Of a DNA stretch of 64,000 nt, positions 25,926-40,332 are shown one piece after another. How positions within the stretch are numbered: position 1 is the first letter of the stretch; each line of letters opens with the position of its first letter. A program made the translations under genes and the position numbers. The notes under the pieces were generated by a model. The model worked only from the letters and a program-made list of their open reading frames with translations. It was not told the origin of the DNA and searched no databases. Source of the DNA: Octopus sinensis (Eukaryota); assembly GCF_006345805.1 (NCBI RefSeq), contig NC_043002.1:13206001-13270000 (forward strand), in the 5' to 3' direction.

Positions 25926-26526
25926 ATCTGACTGTTATTTCTCGTCGTCTCTATCTACTTCTTCAACCCTGTATCCAAGTGTCAATTCGTATGATTTAAA
26001 CAAAAATAACCCAAACAAAATAATTCAATTACCAGTGGCATATATTTCGACAACGTAAATTGAAGCATGTACTATTGTTTTCGTTTTCGTTTTTCTCACC
26101 GCCATATTTTTCTCCCTTTTTGTCCTGTAGAAGAGCTTAGGCTCGAAATATTACGAACGTCTTTCATTTTTCCTAATGCACTCTGTTGTTCTTTGACTTC
26201 GTCTTTCTCGGTCATTTTATTATCATTTTGAACCGTTCAAACATATGCGTTTTTGTATGGGGATGTCTGCATATATGCGTGTATTTGAATGCATCTGTAT
26301 GAGTAAGTGCGAGGGAATGTCTACTAGTATTTCCTCTCTCTCTCCCTCTCTCTCTCTCTTACACATTCTCTCTATATCTCTCTTTGTTTATCTATCTATC
26401 TTTCTGTCCATATATGTTACAATGTTCACAGCAGTCATAATACACACCCGCGCTTATGCACACACTCACACACATATGCTCATATACACACGCAAACGTG
26501 TAGTAGTAGTGGTGGTGGTGGTGGTG

Positions 26527-26558
<32 letters not shown>

Positions 26559-26696
26559 CGTAGTCGTAGACTTTATGTGCATTACACATACATGCACACA
26601 CATGCATCTATACGTATACATTATAGATATATACAAATATATATGCTTATATATGTATATACATGCATACACACATATATGTGTGTACACACATAG

Positions 26697-26743
<47 letters not shown>

Positions 26744-26879
26744 ATGTGTGTGTATGCAAGAATATGTATAATTATGCATGTATATACGATTCGAATATTC
26801 AATAAGAATAAATATAATTTAATAACAATGATTATATATCATTCTCAATTACTTTTGTTGCCACACCTATTATTCAGAA

Positions 26880-26916
26880 CAACAGCAGCAGTAGCAGCAG
26901 CAGCAGCAGCAGTAGC

Positions 26917-26949
<33 letters not shown>

Positions 26950-28354
26950 GGTTGTGCTGGTGGTGGTGGTGGTTGTGCTGGTGGTGGTGGTGGTTGTGCT
27001 GGTGGTGGTGGTGGTGGTGGTGGTGGTGGTGGTGGTGGTGTGGTTACTGGTGGTGGTTGGTGGTTGTGTACTGGTGGTGGTGGTGGTGGGGTTGGTGGTG
27101 GTTGGGGGTGGTGGGGTGGTGGTGGTGGTACTGGTGGTGGTGGTGGTGGTGGTGGTGGTACTGGTGGTGGTGTGGTGGTGGTCTGGTGGGTTATAGTAGT
27201 AGTAGTTAGTGGTGGTGGTGGTTGTGCTGGTGGTGGTGGTGGTTTTGCTGGTGGTGGTGGTGGTTGTGCTGGTGTTGGTGGTGGTGTGTTGGTGGTTGGT
27301 GGTGGTGGTTGGTGGTCTGGTGGTGGTGGTGGTGGTACTCACTGGTGGTGGTGTGGTGGTGGTACTGGTTGTGTGTGGTGGTGGTGGTGGTGTGTGGTGT
27401 GGTGGTGGTGGTGTGGTGGTACTGGTGGTGGTGGTGGTGGTACTGGTGGGGGTGGTGGTGGTGGTACTGGTGGTGGTGGTGGTGGTGGGTGGTGGTGGTG
27501 GGAGTGGTGGTTGGTGTGGTACTGGTGGTGGTGGTGGTGGTTGCTGGTGGTAGTAGTAGTAAGTAGTTAGTGGTGGTGGTGGTTGGTGCTGGGGTGTTAG
27601 TGCTGGTGGTGGTGGTGGTGGTGGTGGTGGTGGTGGTGGTAGTAATAGTAGTAGTGGTGGTGTGGTGGTGGTGCGGAGATGGTGGTGTGGTAGTAGTTAG
27701 TAGTAGTGGTGGTGGGGGTTGTGCTGGTGGTGGTGGTGGTTGTGCTTGTGGTGTGGTGGTTGTTGACTGAGTTGTGGTGGTGGTGGTGAGTGTGGTGGTG
27801 GTGGTGTGGGGTGGTTATGGTGGTGGTGTGGTGGTACTGGTGGTGGTGGTGGTGGTGTGGTGGTGGTGGTGGTGGGGTGGTGGTGGTGGTGTGGTGGTGG
27901 TGGGTGGTACGGTGGTGGTGGTTGTACTGGTGGTGGTACTGGTGGTGGTGGTGGTTGGGCTGGTGTTAGTTAGTATAGTAGTAGTAGTGGTGGTGGTGCT
28001 GGTGGTGGCTGGTGGGTGCTGTGGTGGTGGTTGTGGTGTGGTTGTGGTGGTGGTTGGTGTTGTGTATGGTCTGGTGGTTGGTTGTGGTGGTGGTGTGGTA
28101 CTGGTGGTGGTGGTGGTGGTGCTGGTGGTGCTGGTGGTGCTGGTGGTAGTAGTAGTATTAGTAGTGTTGGTGGTGGTGGTTGTGTTGTGTTAGTGCTGTG
28201 GTGGTGGGGTGGTGGTGGTGGTGGTTGTGGTGTGCTGGTGGGGTCTGGTAAGTAGTAGTAGTGTGTGGTGGTTGTTGGTGGTGGTACTGGTGGTGGTGGT
28301 GGTGGTGTGGTACTGGTGTGGTGCTAGGTGGTGTGCTGGTAGCTGGTGCTGATG

Positions 28355-28398
<44 letters not shown>

Positions 28399-28448
28399 GG
28401 TTTGTGTGGTGGTGGTGGTGGTGGTGGTGGTCTGTTTTTTTTTTGTTG

Positions 28449-28484
<36 letters not shown>

Positions 28485-28639
28485 AAGTAGTGGTTTGTGT
28501 GGTGGTGTGGTAGTAGTAGTAGTTGGGTGGTGGTGGTGGTGGTGGTGTCGTAGTAGTAGTGGTGGTGGTGGTGGGGTGCTGGTGGTAGTGTGGTAGTGCT
28601 GGTGTGGTGGTGGTGGTGGTGGTGGTTGTGGTGGTGGTC

Positions 28640-28682
<43 letters not shown>

Positions 28683-28685
28683 ACG
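26880..28685. repeat. About 1.8 kb degenerate (GGT/GTA)n array
   Basis: Read directly. Confidence 0.95.
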
Positions 28686-28966
28686 ACTGTATATCTTTAA
28701 TTAGATCCATTATGGACATTTTATTAACTCGCAAACATCCCGCTGATTCTTCCATTCTTTACATTGTGCTTTGGTAATGATTGGCTGTGTTCAGCTAAAT
28801 GTTTATTTCTTTAATTCTGTTTCCAACGCTGTTTATATGTTTTGTTATATCTACCTACGAAATATATTAGAGATTTAATCGAACAAAACAAAAACTGATA
28901 CGAAATATCGGTATTAGAGTCAGAAAAGGTTAACCAAGAGCACAGACGTGTATCCAATATAACATA

Positions 28967-29191
28967 TACAAGAGTGGGTGCTGAAAAATATCTGGTTTTA
29001 AGGGTGTCGCGAAAAGCCTGGTTGGAGGCCCATCCTTCCGAGTTATCTTTTTTACAGGGCTTAGAAAAACTGAAGGACCGCTGCTGCAACTTTGTGGAAC
29101 TGGGAGGGGTATATGTTCAATAAAATCATAATTAACTGAATCTCCTGTGTTCTCTTTTACCCAAGCCAGCGACTTTTCAGTACACCCCGTA
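28967..29191 (+). mobile_element. mariner-derived MITE
   Basis: Imperfect TIRs (GGGTGCTGAAAA / TTTTCAGTACACCC), TA flanks, internal FLQGLEKLKDRCCNFVELGGVYVQ* mariner C-terminus. Confidence 0.75.
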
Positions 29192-29812
29192 TGTATGTAT
29201 GTATGTATGTATGTATGTATGTATGTATATATGGGGTTGGGTCATTAGGGAGTATATATGTTTGTGTCTTCCCACTGCAATCGCAACCAGCTTTGGTTTC
29301 TTAACGTCGCCCTTAGCTTAGCGGATCGGCAAAATAAAAATAGAAAACGTAGCAGACTTTAAAATAAGTACTGCTGTCAATTTGATTGAGTAAAACCTTC
29401 ATATTCGAATATATTCTAACATATGTATTATCTGGGGCGTAAATTGGAGACTTATTTTATTCTTGTTGTTGTTGTTGTTCTTCTTCTTCTTCTCCTTCTC
29501 CTTCTTCTTCTTCTTCTCTTCTTCTTCTTTTCTTCTTCTTCTTCTTCTTATTATATTATTATTTTATTATTATTATTAATATTATTATTATTATTATATT
29601 ATTATTATTATTATTATTATATTATTATTATTGTGTGTGTTGTTATTGTTTTTTGTTGTTGTTCTGTTGTTGCTGTTCTTGTTGTTGCTGCTGCTGCTGT
29701 TGTTGTTGTTGTTGTTGTTGTTATTATTATTTTCCGTCTTTCTTCAAATTTTCGTCCGTTTCTTGCCGAGTGTTTTCCATTATTATTGTTATTATTATTA
29801 TTACTATTATTA

Positions 29813-29872
<60 letters not shown>

Positions 29873-29874
29873 GT

Positions 29875-30205
29875 GAAGGCGCATGGCTCATTGGTTAGAG
29901 CGTCGAGCTTACGATCGTGAGGTTGTGAGCTCGAATCCCGGACCGGGCTGCGTGTTGTGTTCTCGAGCAAGGCACTTTATTTCACGTTGCTCCAGTTCAC
30001 TCAGCTGTAGAAATGAGTTGCGACGTCACTGGTGTCAAGCTGTATCGACCTTTGTCTTTCCCTTGGATAACACTGATGGCGTGGAGAGGGGAGGCCGGTA
30101 TGCATGGGCGACTGCTGGCCTTCCATAAACAACCTTGCCCGGACTTGTGTCTAGGAGGGTAACTTTCTAGGTGCAATCCCATGGTCATTCATGACCGAAG
30201 AGGGT
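29875..30205 (+). mobile_element. SINE family B, full length, within (TTA)n
   Basis: tRNA-like head with TTCGAATCC B-box, CORE-like GAGCAAGGCACTT, tail GGTCATTCATGACC. Confidence 0.9.
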
Positions 30206-30218
30206 CAAAAAAAAAAAA

Positions 30219-30262
<44 letters not shown>

Positions 30263-30273
30263 TGTTATTGTTA

Positions 30274-30309
<36 letters not shown>

Positions 30310-31162
30310 TATTATTATATGAAAGTGTCGGTTGTCCACAGCCAGCAGACTAAGGTGACACTTATTTACTGGTCATGCTTCAAGAACCCCGCGAAGAATT
30401 CTTGTAGTTCCAACCAATGCTGATTTTTGTAGGTGTTCTACCATCACACTTGCACCAGTCTTTTTCAGCTATTTTGGTAGCTGAGTGCTGATATTTTCAA
30501 GTGCGCCAATTATTAGTGGCATCACGTCTACTCTCCTCTTTGACCATAACCTTCGTATTTCCCACTTCAAACCGTCAGTGTTTATTTTTTCCTCTTCCTT
30601 CACATTGATCTTGTTGTCACTATCCGGTTTCCGATGTCTGGTCAGGTGATTGCACTGAACCATTGCATCCCACAGGATTTTGCAATTCCCATTCTCGGTG
30701 CCTCCCTCTGGGGTTTTCTCGTACCACGTCTTTTCTCATTGTAGGCTGTGATTTCCACAGAGCTCCCAATGGATCATTCTTGCCACACTGTCACGGTGTC
30801 TTTTGTATTCGACTTGTGCCAATTACGGGCATTCGCTAACGATGTGCTATTCCGTTTCACCCTTCACATTCTGCATTTGTCATTGTCGGTAGTGTTGTCT
30901 ATTCTTCACTTCACATAGTTGCTTGTTAACGCTTATTCTTGAGTTGCGCATTCGAGTGCTTCTGTTTCTATCTTCAGGTCACTCATCATCGATAGTCACC
31001 GGTCCTCTGTATCTGTATTGCCGTTCACATCTCTTGCAAACTGACCGTACATTTTCTTTCCTTCCATGCTTTTCTTTTTCTTATTTTTTGTATTCATTTC
31101 TTCTTAAAATTTTGTTTTCGTTACACAATTTTCAATTTCGATGACGCCAGGTTTCTTCGTAT

Positions 31163-31653
<491 letters not shown>

Positions 31654-32197
31654 GTGGCTCCACGGCATTTTTTATAAACCACACTAAGCAGTTTTTCTCA
31701 GCATCAAAACCGTCTTGGCCACTGATCAAACCTCTCCATCTCTTTCTTCTGGACCAGTACAGCCTATCGATGTCACTCTTAGAGTGGAAGGCTCCATATA
31801 CTGTTAACATTTTTCTAGTCTTGGTATCCATTCTCATCACTTCTCTCTTTTGCCATTTCATAATTCCCGCTCCATATCGAAATGATGCTATCGCTTACGT
31901 ATTAGCTGCTTGGATTTTATTCCACCCGGTCAATTTTGAGCGAAACATCAAACTTAGTCTTCGGAAATATTCCATCCTCAGTTACTCATTCATTTCCTTC
32001 TCCATTATCTCGTTGAACCCTGATACACCAGGTATTTGTATCCTTCTGTTTCAATTTGTTTAATCAAGTCTCTATTCGATAGTTCTATCCATGCTAAGGA
32101 CTCTGCACTTCTTGACTTCAAATTCCATTCTAATATCAACACTAAAACAGTGGACCGTGTTCAGCAAAGCACTCAATTGTGTCTCATCCTTGCCATA

Positions 32198-32457
32198 AAA
32201 TGAAATAAATACGCCCTTTTAAAGCCTAGCCAGGCTCATGGCCCTGCTTCCCGGTTTCAATGGCGTATGTGTTCCCCAGCTGGACGGGACGCCAGTCCAT
32301 CGCAGCGTTACTCATTTTTTGCCAGCTTAGTGGACTGGAGCAACGTGAAATGAAGTGTTTTGCTCAAGAACACAACGCGTCGCACGGTCCAGGAATCGAA
32401 ACCACAATCTTACGATCATGATGCTAACACCCTAACCCCTAAGCCACGCGCCTCCAC
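32198..32457 (-). mobile_element. SINE (family B-type head, alternative tail) nested in the LINE, with TSD
   Basis: 13-bp TSD CATCCTTGCCATA at 32185-32197 and 32458-32470. Confidence 0.85.
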
Positions 32458-32917
32458 CATCCTTGCCATACAGTTTCAAATTATTCATGAAGAGGAGGTG
32501 GTTGACTGTTTGGGATTTTCCCTTTAGTTGCTACCCCAGGTTCGTTTTCCTAACTACTAAGGTCAGGGCTATCATGCAGAGAAGCAAAAGCAACGGCGAT
32601 AAGCTATCACCCTGGAAAATCCCTCTTCTGATAACCAGAGTGCCCATGCTTTTTCTGTAAGATGTCAGTTCAGTTTTCCACCCAACCATACTTCTCTTCA
32701 GGAAACGCGTTACATTCCTCGCGATTCCAAACAGATCTAAGCACACGATGATCCACGAAAATGGAATCATATCATAAACTTTGCGATAGTCAATCCAAGC
32801 AATTCCCAGATGTGTTTTCCTTCGTTTACAATCTTGCATTGGCATTTTGTCTATTAATAATTGATCTTTGGTGCCTCTACCTCTCCTTCTACAACCTTTT
32901 TGTTCCGGCGGTAATAT

Positions 32918-33310
32918 ATCTATTTCTTTACTACACACAAGGGGCTAAACATAGAGGGAGCAAACAAGGACAGACAAACGGATTAAGTCGATTATATCGA
33001 CCCCAGTACGTAACTGGTACTTAATTTATCGACCCCGAAAGGATGAAAGGCAAAGTCGACCGCGGCGGAATTTGAACTCAGAACGTACCGGCAGACGAAA
33101 TACGGCTACGCATTTCGCCCGGCGTGCTAACGTTTCTGCCTTCAAATAATATATCGTCGGTGCCGAGGTCGACTTTGCCTTTCATCCTTTCGGGGTCGAT
33201 AAATTAAGCACCAGTTACGCACTGGGATCGATGTAATCGACTTAATACCTATGTCTGTCATTGTTTGTCCCCTCTATGTTTAGCCCCTTGTGGGTAATAA
33301 AGAAATTGGT
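32918..33310. mobile_element. Head-to-head pair of family N SINEs
   Basis: Minus copy 32918-33140 and plus copy about 33160-33310. Confidence 0.85.
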
Positions 33311-33374
33311 AATATATTGTTCTCATTATTTTAGTAGTAGTAGTAGTAGTAGTAGTAGCAGCAGCAGCAGTAGT

Positions 33375-33409
<35 letters not shown>

Positions 33410-33788
33410 TAGTCGATAAAATAAGTACCAGGTGTGCACAGGGGGTCAATTTAATTGACTAGTCTCTCACCAAAATTGCAGGTTTTGTGATTATTGTAGA
33501 AACGATCATTATTACGATAACTAATGATTAGAATTGCGACTTAATTCTTATTTCTTATTGTTTCAATTATTTCAGTAATTCCAAGGTAATTAATCTTTCG
33601 TCAGGTTTGTAAACATGTCCCTACTTAATGTTCTAATCAGGTATGCAGCGTAAGTTTTCTCCGCGGCATCCAAGGAAACCATTTCTTCAGAACTGTTTGT
33701 AAAAGCAATATGCAGGAAGCAATTTGTTATCTGGTTTAGAAAGCGGACATTCATCAACGATTATAGTGGGTGGTACTATAACATTTAA

Positions 33789-34206
33789 AGGCGGCGAGCT
33801 GGCAGAAACGTTAGCACGCCGGGCGAAATGCGTAGCCGTATTTCGTCTGCCGCTACGTTCTGAGTTCAAATTCCGCCGAGGTCGACTTTGCCTTTCATCC
33901 TTTCGGGATCGATTAAATAAGTACCAGTTACGCACTGGGGTCGATGTAATCGACTTGATCCGTTTGTCTGTCCTTATTTGTCTTCTCTGTGCTTAGCCCC
34001 TTGTGGGTAGTAAAGAAATAGTATTTCGTCTGCCGCTACGTTCTGAGTTCAAATTCCGCCAAGGTCGACTTTGCCTTTCATCCTTTCGGGGTCGATAAAT
34101 TAAGTACCAGTTACGCACTGGGGTCGATGTAATCGACTTGATCCGTTTGTCTGTCCTTGTTTGTCCCCTCTGTGTTTAGCCCCTTGTGGGTAGTAGTGAA
34201 ATAGGT
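33789..34206 (+). mobile_element. SINE family N, dimeric body, with TSD
   Basis: Flanking GGTACTATAACATTTAA / GGTACTATGACATTTTA. Confidence 0.9.
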
Positions 34207-34339
34207 ACTATGACATTTTAGGTGGGTTTTTTTTTTTAGAATGCAAATATATGTAGGTAAAGCTATTTATGTGTATGTGTGTGTGTTCATGTGTGTATGC
34301 CTGTGTATGTGTATCTGTGTGTGGGTGCGTGTGTATACA

Positions 34340-34908
34340 CAGACATGCAGGAAGTAAATAGAAACCTTTGATTTTCAAAATTTCTGATCTAAGCGTCTTA
34401 ATGTTTTCAGCCGTATAGAATTTACAATGTAATTATTCTTTTTCATTCCAGGTGCTATTATATTAAATATTTCCGAAGAGTAACCATGCCACGCACAAAA
34501 CATTCAGCAGAACTGTTAGATTTTCAAAGAGGTTGTATTGTTGGGCAATCCGAGGCTGGTCTTAGCCAGTGAAAGACTGCCGAAAATCTTCAAATTCCTC
34601 TTGCTACTGGTAATAGAATTATAATGCAATTCAAAATCCAAGGAAAAGAATCAACAGATTCTCATCCCGGCCGACCTGGGTCCTCGGAACGGAAACTTCG
34701 GTGTTTGAAGAAAATTGTGGAAAACAAAACCCGTTCGAAGGCTTCTGACATCGCAAAACAGCTAGAAGTTAGTCCAAGAACGTGTGTTACATATCTGCAT
34801 AAGCTTGGGTATTATGGATGAGCAGCCAGAAGAAAATTTCTCCTTCAACTAATTATCAAATAAAATATTTTGAAAATTAAAGGTGTCTATTTACTTCCTG
34901 CATGTCTG
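34340..34908 (+). mobile_element. Internally deleted Tc1 transposon
   Basis: TIRs of about 42 bp (CAGACATGCAGGAAGTAAATAGA...); from ATG 34486 MPRTKHSAELLDFQRGCIVG...GRPG...LHKLGYYG*AARRK paired-like HTH with stops. Confidence 0.9.
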
Positions 34909-35750
34909 AATGTGGGGGGGACTTGCTCTCTTAGCCAGCGGGGTGGCGTCATTTGAAGGCTAAAGCAATGCGAAGTGCATTGTGACCAGCGATGTGTAGT
35001 AACATCTGATAGCCTGGTCGGTCACGGTGATCACGGTGTTATATACATGACTGTATCACGCTTTTATTCTAGATGGAGACGAACACCAATGCGCCATCTC
35101 TTTTAGCACGAAACCCATAGTAGCGTCGATCGCGAGCACTCGTCTCTTACAAATTAGGTACATGATGTCTGGTGGACCGTAACAGTGGAGGTTGTATTCG
35201 TATTTATACCAATATGAATATAGCTATATGAGTATCAATATGTATTCGTGCATAAATGTTAGTATTAATTATCTATACGTATGAATGTATGTATGTTAGC
35301 GGAACCAATAAAATATTTATCTTTTAATATATACACATTAAATGCTTTGTAGTAAAGACGACACGTCACAATGGTGATGTGAAAATACTCTTGTATCATT
35401 GAGTTGTCTCCAACTAATTCCATTAATAACAGAATAGCACAGCAAGAGACCCGATTAGCACTTAGCATTTTGTCATTTTCGTGATAGAATTATAAATTTC
35501 AATATCGCCCACAATAAACGTTGATGAATGTCCGCTATCTAAATGAGATAAACGATTATTCTTTGCCTGTTGTTTTCGTACAATATTCTGAAGAAACAAC
35601 TTCTATGGAAGTTGTTGGGGAAAACTGCACTGCATTCATGACTGGATTACACGCACGTACGTACGCACACACATACACATGTATACATACACACATACAC
35701 TCAGATGTGTGTGTGTGTGTCTGTGTCTGTGTGTATCAATTTAATATACA

Positions 35751-36096
35751 CTAGCACTATGACCCGGCAACGCCGAGTCATAGTGCTAGTACATGCATAT
35801 ACAGCTGCGTGCGTGCACGCATACACGCGAGTACTGTCCAAATCTCCGACCAATCACATATAGCTAGCTGGCATTCAATTAGGCATTTTGATTGGGTTTG
35901 GGATAGAAAATTTACAAAAAGTCACTTCTATTGATTTTTTAATGGCTTTGCGGGGTTACTGGGGAAATGTAAAGATGTGCACGACCACCCTTGGGCGGTT
36001 TTAAATGACCATAGAAAGTGCGAGCTCTCTAACTGAAAAATTGTGGATTTGTATAAAGGACACACACACAGATATTTTGCCGTTTATATATAGAGA
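35751..36096 (-). mobile_element. Non-autonomous Helitron with extended 3' palindrome
   Basis: Minus strand starts TCTCTATATATAAACGGC and ends CTAG; hairpin at 35750-35790. Confidence 0.8.
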
Positions 36097-36289
36097 GAGA
36101 AGATAACGAAAGAGCTACAAATAGTTTCATACTTTTAAGATGATTTAAATTGGAAGATTCATAAAACATTTTATAAATCTTCAAGCAATCTTTCAGGCTC
36201 TTCGCAATGTGTATTAAATAGGTATTTATCTCTCGCAGGATGGACTACTTTTTTTTTGTTGATTCTACCTATATTTGATGCATATACTG

Positions 36290-36623
36290 AGACTCCCTTC
36301 GGGTATGACTGACCATGGGATTGCACCTAGAAAGTTACCCTCCCAGGCACAAGTCCGGGCAAGGTTGTTTATGGAAGACCAGCAGTCGCCTATGCATACC
36401 GGCCTCCTCCCTTCACGCCACCAGTGTTATCCAAGGGAAAGGCAAAGGGGCCGATACAGCTTGGCACCTGTGACGTCGCAACTCATTTCTACAGCTGAGT
36501 GAACTGGAGCAACGTGAAATAAAGTGTCTTGCTCAAGAGCACAACATACAGCCCCGTCCGGGATTCGGACTCACAACCACACGATCGAAAGCTCGACTCT
36601 AACCACTGAGCCATGCGCCTTCA
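36290..36623 (-). mobile_element. SINE family B
   Basis: Full head and tail match. Confidence 0.88.
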
Positions 36624-36631
36624 CATATATG

Positions 36632-36706
<75 letters not shown>

Positions 36707-36859
36707 TGTGTGTGTGTTTGTGTGTGTGTATTGTGTGTCTGTGAGTGAGTGCGTGTGTGTATGCATGTATGTTGAAATTGCAAACTGATTTTCTATTCAA
36801 ATGATTGCATAATCAATCTTTCTGGCAAAGGAGAAACAGTTACATGAAGGGCAAAAGCG

Positions 36860-37765
36860 GTGCAGAAAAAAATCGAACGTGAACTGCTGCTTTATTTACT
36901 TATTAATAGATGCTGCTTAGAGAAGTGCATATAAGATGGAACTGAGCAGTTAGTGAAATAGACAAGAAAACGTACGAATTTGTACCATAGTGACGTTATT
37001 TGGAGTCTCTGCCGACCCTCAGGACCATGAGAATTTCTAGAAAAGGCGATGAGTTCAGCGGGAATTATTTGAAAAATGTGAAAAATCGGAAGGGAATATT
37101 TCAGGAAGACTCGTTATTGCCATTGATTTTTGTGATTGTATTGATTCCTTTGAAGAAAATAAATCATCTGCCATTTATAGATAACCTCAAATTGTACGCC
37201 AAAATTGAAAACAATATTGATTCTCTTGTTCAAACGAGGAGGATATTTAATAAGAGTTTTGGTATGCACTTTGGTGTGAATAATCGGGCAATATTGATTA
37301 GGAAAGGAGGAGAAATATTTAATCAGATGAGGTAAAGATACCTCAAGATAATATCAGATCAATTAGGATGAGGAATGTAAGTATCTAAGCACGTTACAAG
37401 GGGATAAATAACATTTTACCGAAATTTTGGGGGAGGGGACCAGTCGATTAGATCGACCCCAGTACGCAACTGGTACTTAATTTATCGACCCGAAAGCGAT
37501 GAATGGCTAAGTCAACCTCGGCGGAATTTGAACTCAGAACATAAAGACAGACAAAATACCGCTAAGATTTCGTCCGGCGCGCTGACGTTTCTGCCAGCTC
37601 GCCACTTTAAGGGTAAAAATTACTGAAAAAGAAATAAGAGAGAAGGTTCTTAAAGAGTTCAAGAGAAAGGTTATGATGCTTCTTGAAACAAAACTAAATA
37701 GAAATAATATCACCAAGGCTATCAATACGTAGACCATGCTAGTGTTGGGATACGCTGCTCCTTCG
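36860..37765 (+). mobile_element. Old R4/Dong-type LINE RT fragment (probably resumes about 38830-39400)
   Basis: RKGIFQEDSLLPLIF, INHLPFIDNLKLYAK, KLNRNNITKAINT; interrupted by a family N SINE at about 37420-37607. Confidence 0.8.
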
Positions 37766-37809
37766 TAAAGCTGTTGTAAGAATACCTGGCAGAGTAAAAA
37801 GCAAAAACA

Positions 37810-38046
37810 GTAAAGTTACCTTCTTGGTTCTTACCGACTCATAAGGGCCGGTTCCCCGGTTTCTGTGGCGTATAAGTTCCTCACCTGGATGGGACGGCGA
37901 TCCATCGCAGAGTAACTCATTTTTGCGTGCTGAGTTGAGATGAGCAACGTGAATTGACGTGTTTTGTTCAAGAACACAGCGCGTCGCCCGATCCAATCTT
38001 GCAATCATGAGCCTAACACCTTAACTACTAAGCCAGGTGCCTTCAC
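37810..38046 (-). mobile_element. SINE (family B-type head, alternative tail), degenerate
   Basis: Similar to 32198-32457. Confidence 0.7.
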
Positions 38047-38361
38047 TATATCTGGCAGTTCCAAACACCAATTCACTGCTTAGGAATCGAACCCGAATCA
38101 CAGTGTTCAGAGAAATAAAGAAATAACGTAAAGAAGATTTTGTCACGGATTGGTGACATCGAAAAGCCACTAAATTCAAGTCTGATAAACTTATTCAAGT
38201 ACGATAAATATATATTCATGTTTAGCAAAATTATGAACTTGTTTTGTCAATAGCTAGTTCGATCAGTGAACTAGCATACCACAGACCCAACAGCAAATAT
38301 TATTGTAACTAAATGGATAAATACTGAACTACAGGAATTGAATGCAGTAACTAGGAGATAG

Positions 38362-38826
38362 CTGACTCTACTCCCTGGAGAGAAGACGGGAGAGGTACGC
38401 TGTAATATACATCTGGAAGATCCTGGAAGGAACTGTGCCAAATTTTGGCATTGAAAGCTACACCAATGCTAGAACGGGACGACACTGCATAGTACCAAAG
38501 ATCTCAGCAATGTCATCGTGCATCAGGACCAGTTACTGCAACAGCCTGGGTTTCAAGGGCCCACAACCTTTTAATATTCTCCCAAAGGGCCTGAGGAACC
38601 TGCACAAAGTAGATGTAGGCGTTTTAAATCAATGCTGGACCTCTTCCTGTCGAGAGTCCCAGATGAACCTACATCACGGCAAGGGGTGCAAATGAGGGTA
38701 GCTCTATCAAACTCCATTCTTCACCAAGTGCCACATATTGGAGGAGGCTCTCAGTAATAACAGTGTAGCAAAACGGCAGTGCATCAGCATGGTCGCAGCT
38801 CTAAGCTGAAACTACAGAAAAAGAAA
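38362..38826 (+). mobile_element. CR1/L2-group LINE 3' end
   Basis: LYSLERRRERY..IYIWKIL...FNILP...DLFLSRVPDEP...SNSILHQ C-terminus and short 3' UTR with stem-loop. Confidence 0.8.
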
Positions 38827-39618
38827 ATGCTTAATGCGTGCCACCCTACAGTAGTATCGATAGGCTCTAATCATCAATGCTTGCTAAAGGCAAACGAATC
38901 CCTCGAGGATGTGAATTTGGCTTTGGAAAACTACGTTGTTTTCGGGGAGGAAAGACTGTTAACTGCAGTTGAAAAATTGAAACAATGGAAGATTACAAGA
39001 ATAGAAAGAACGATAGAAAGAGAAAGAATTACATGGCAAAATCATGTAACAAACTGAGGAAATTGGAAGTGAAGAATTAAGTTGTAACTGAGAAAGGGAG
39101 ACATGAAAAGAAAAATGAATTTCTAATAAAAGCCGCTCAGGAACAAGCCAATTGAAATAATTTGATAAAAGTCAGTCACACAGCAAAGGCAGAATATGTG
39201 AAAAAGTGAATAAAAGTAATGCACATTTGCTAAATGAGTGCAGAAAGATGTCAGAAAAAGAGAATATACATCAGGCGTAACGATTGTACCTATTAAAGAT
39301 TACAATAGAAGCTAAACTGAATTTATGAATTTTGAGTGATAATGATTTGAATACGAGACGCCGGCTGTCGTAGTGAACAATAATTTGAGGATTACATAAG
39401 TGTAACACATGGTATGGCAACACTGTATTTGTTTCATTACAGGCATAGTCTCTGCTACAGCCTTCAGTATATTTTCATCAACCCAATTTCACTCACAAAC
39501 ACTGGGTCAGTCCGAGATTATAGAAGATGGCGCTTACTGAACATGGCACGCGGTGCAATGAGACTTGTGTCTGCAAAGCAAATTTCTTACCATTCGAAAC
39601 ATATCGCACTTACTTGCT

Positions 39619-39654
<36 letters not shown>

Positions 39655-39904
39655 GTGTGTGGTGGACTCTACTGTGGTAAACGGCACATACGGATTCCGC
39701 CACTTGTTGCTCAGCAACCTGACCAAATAATTTGTTTATGGTAATCAAATATTTGGCCTATGCATTAGCTCACTCCCTTCGCCGAATCGACATTGCTTGT
39801 ACAGATGCACACGCCAGATTTTGAATTGCTCAAGAACCCTCTGCGGGAATTGAAACCACGATCTTCAGTGCAACACTCTAACCTCTAGGCCACTCAATCT
39901 GTAT

Positions 39905-40331
<427 letters not shown>

Positions 40332-40332
<1 letters not shown>

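Noticed and set aside
26663-28755. Poly-V/W/G/T ORFs resembling mucin or glycine-rich proteins
   Set aside because: All frames derive from the (GGT)n array; no unique coding context.
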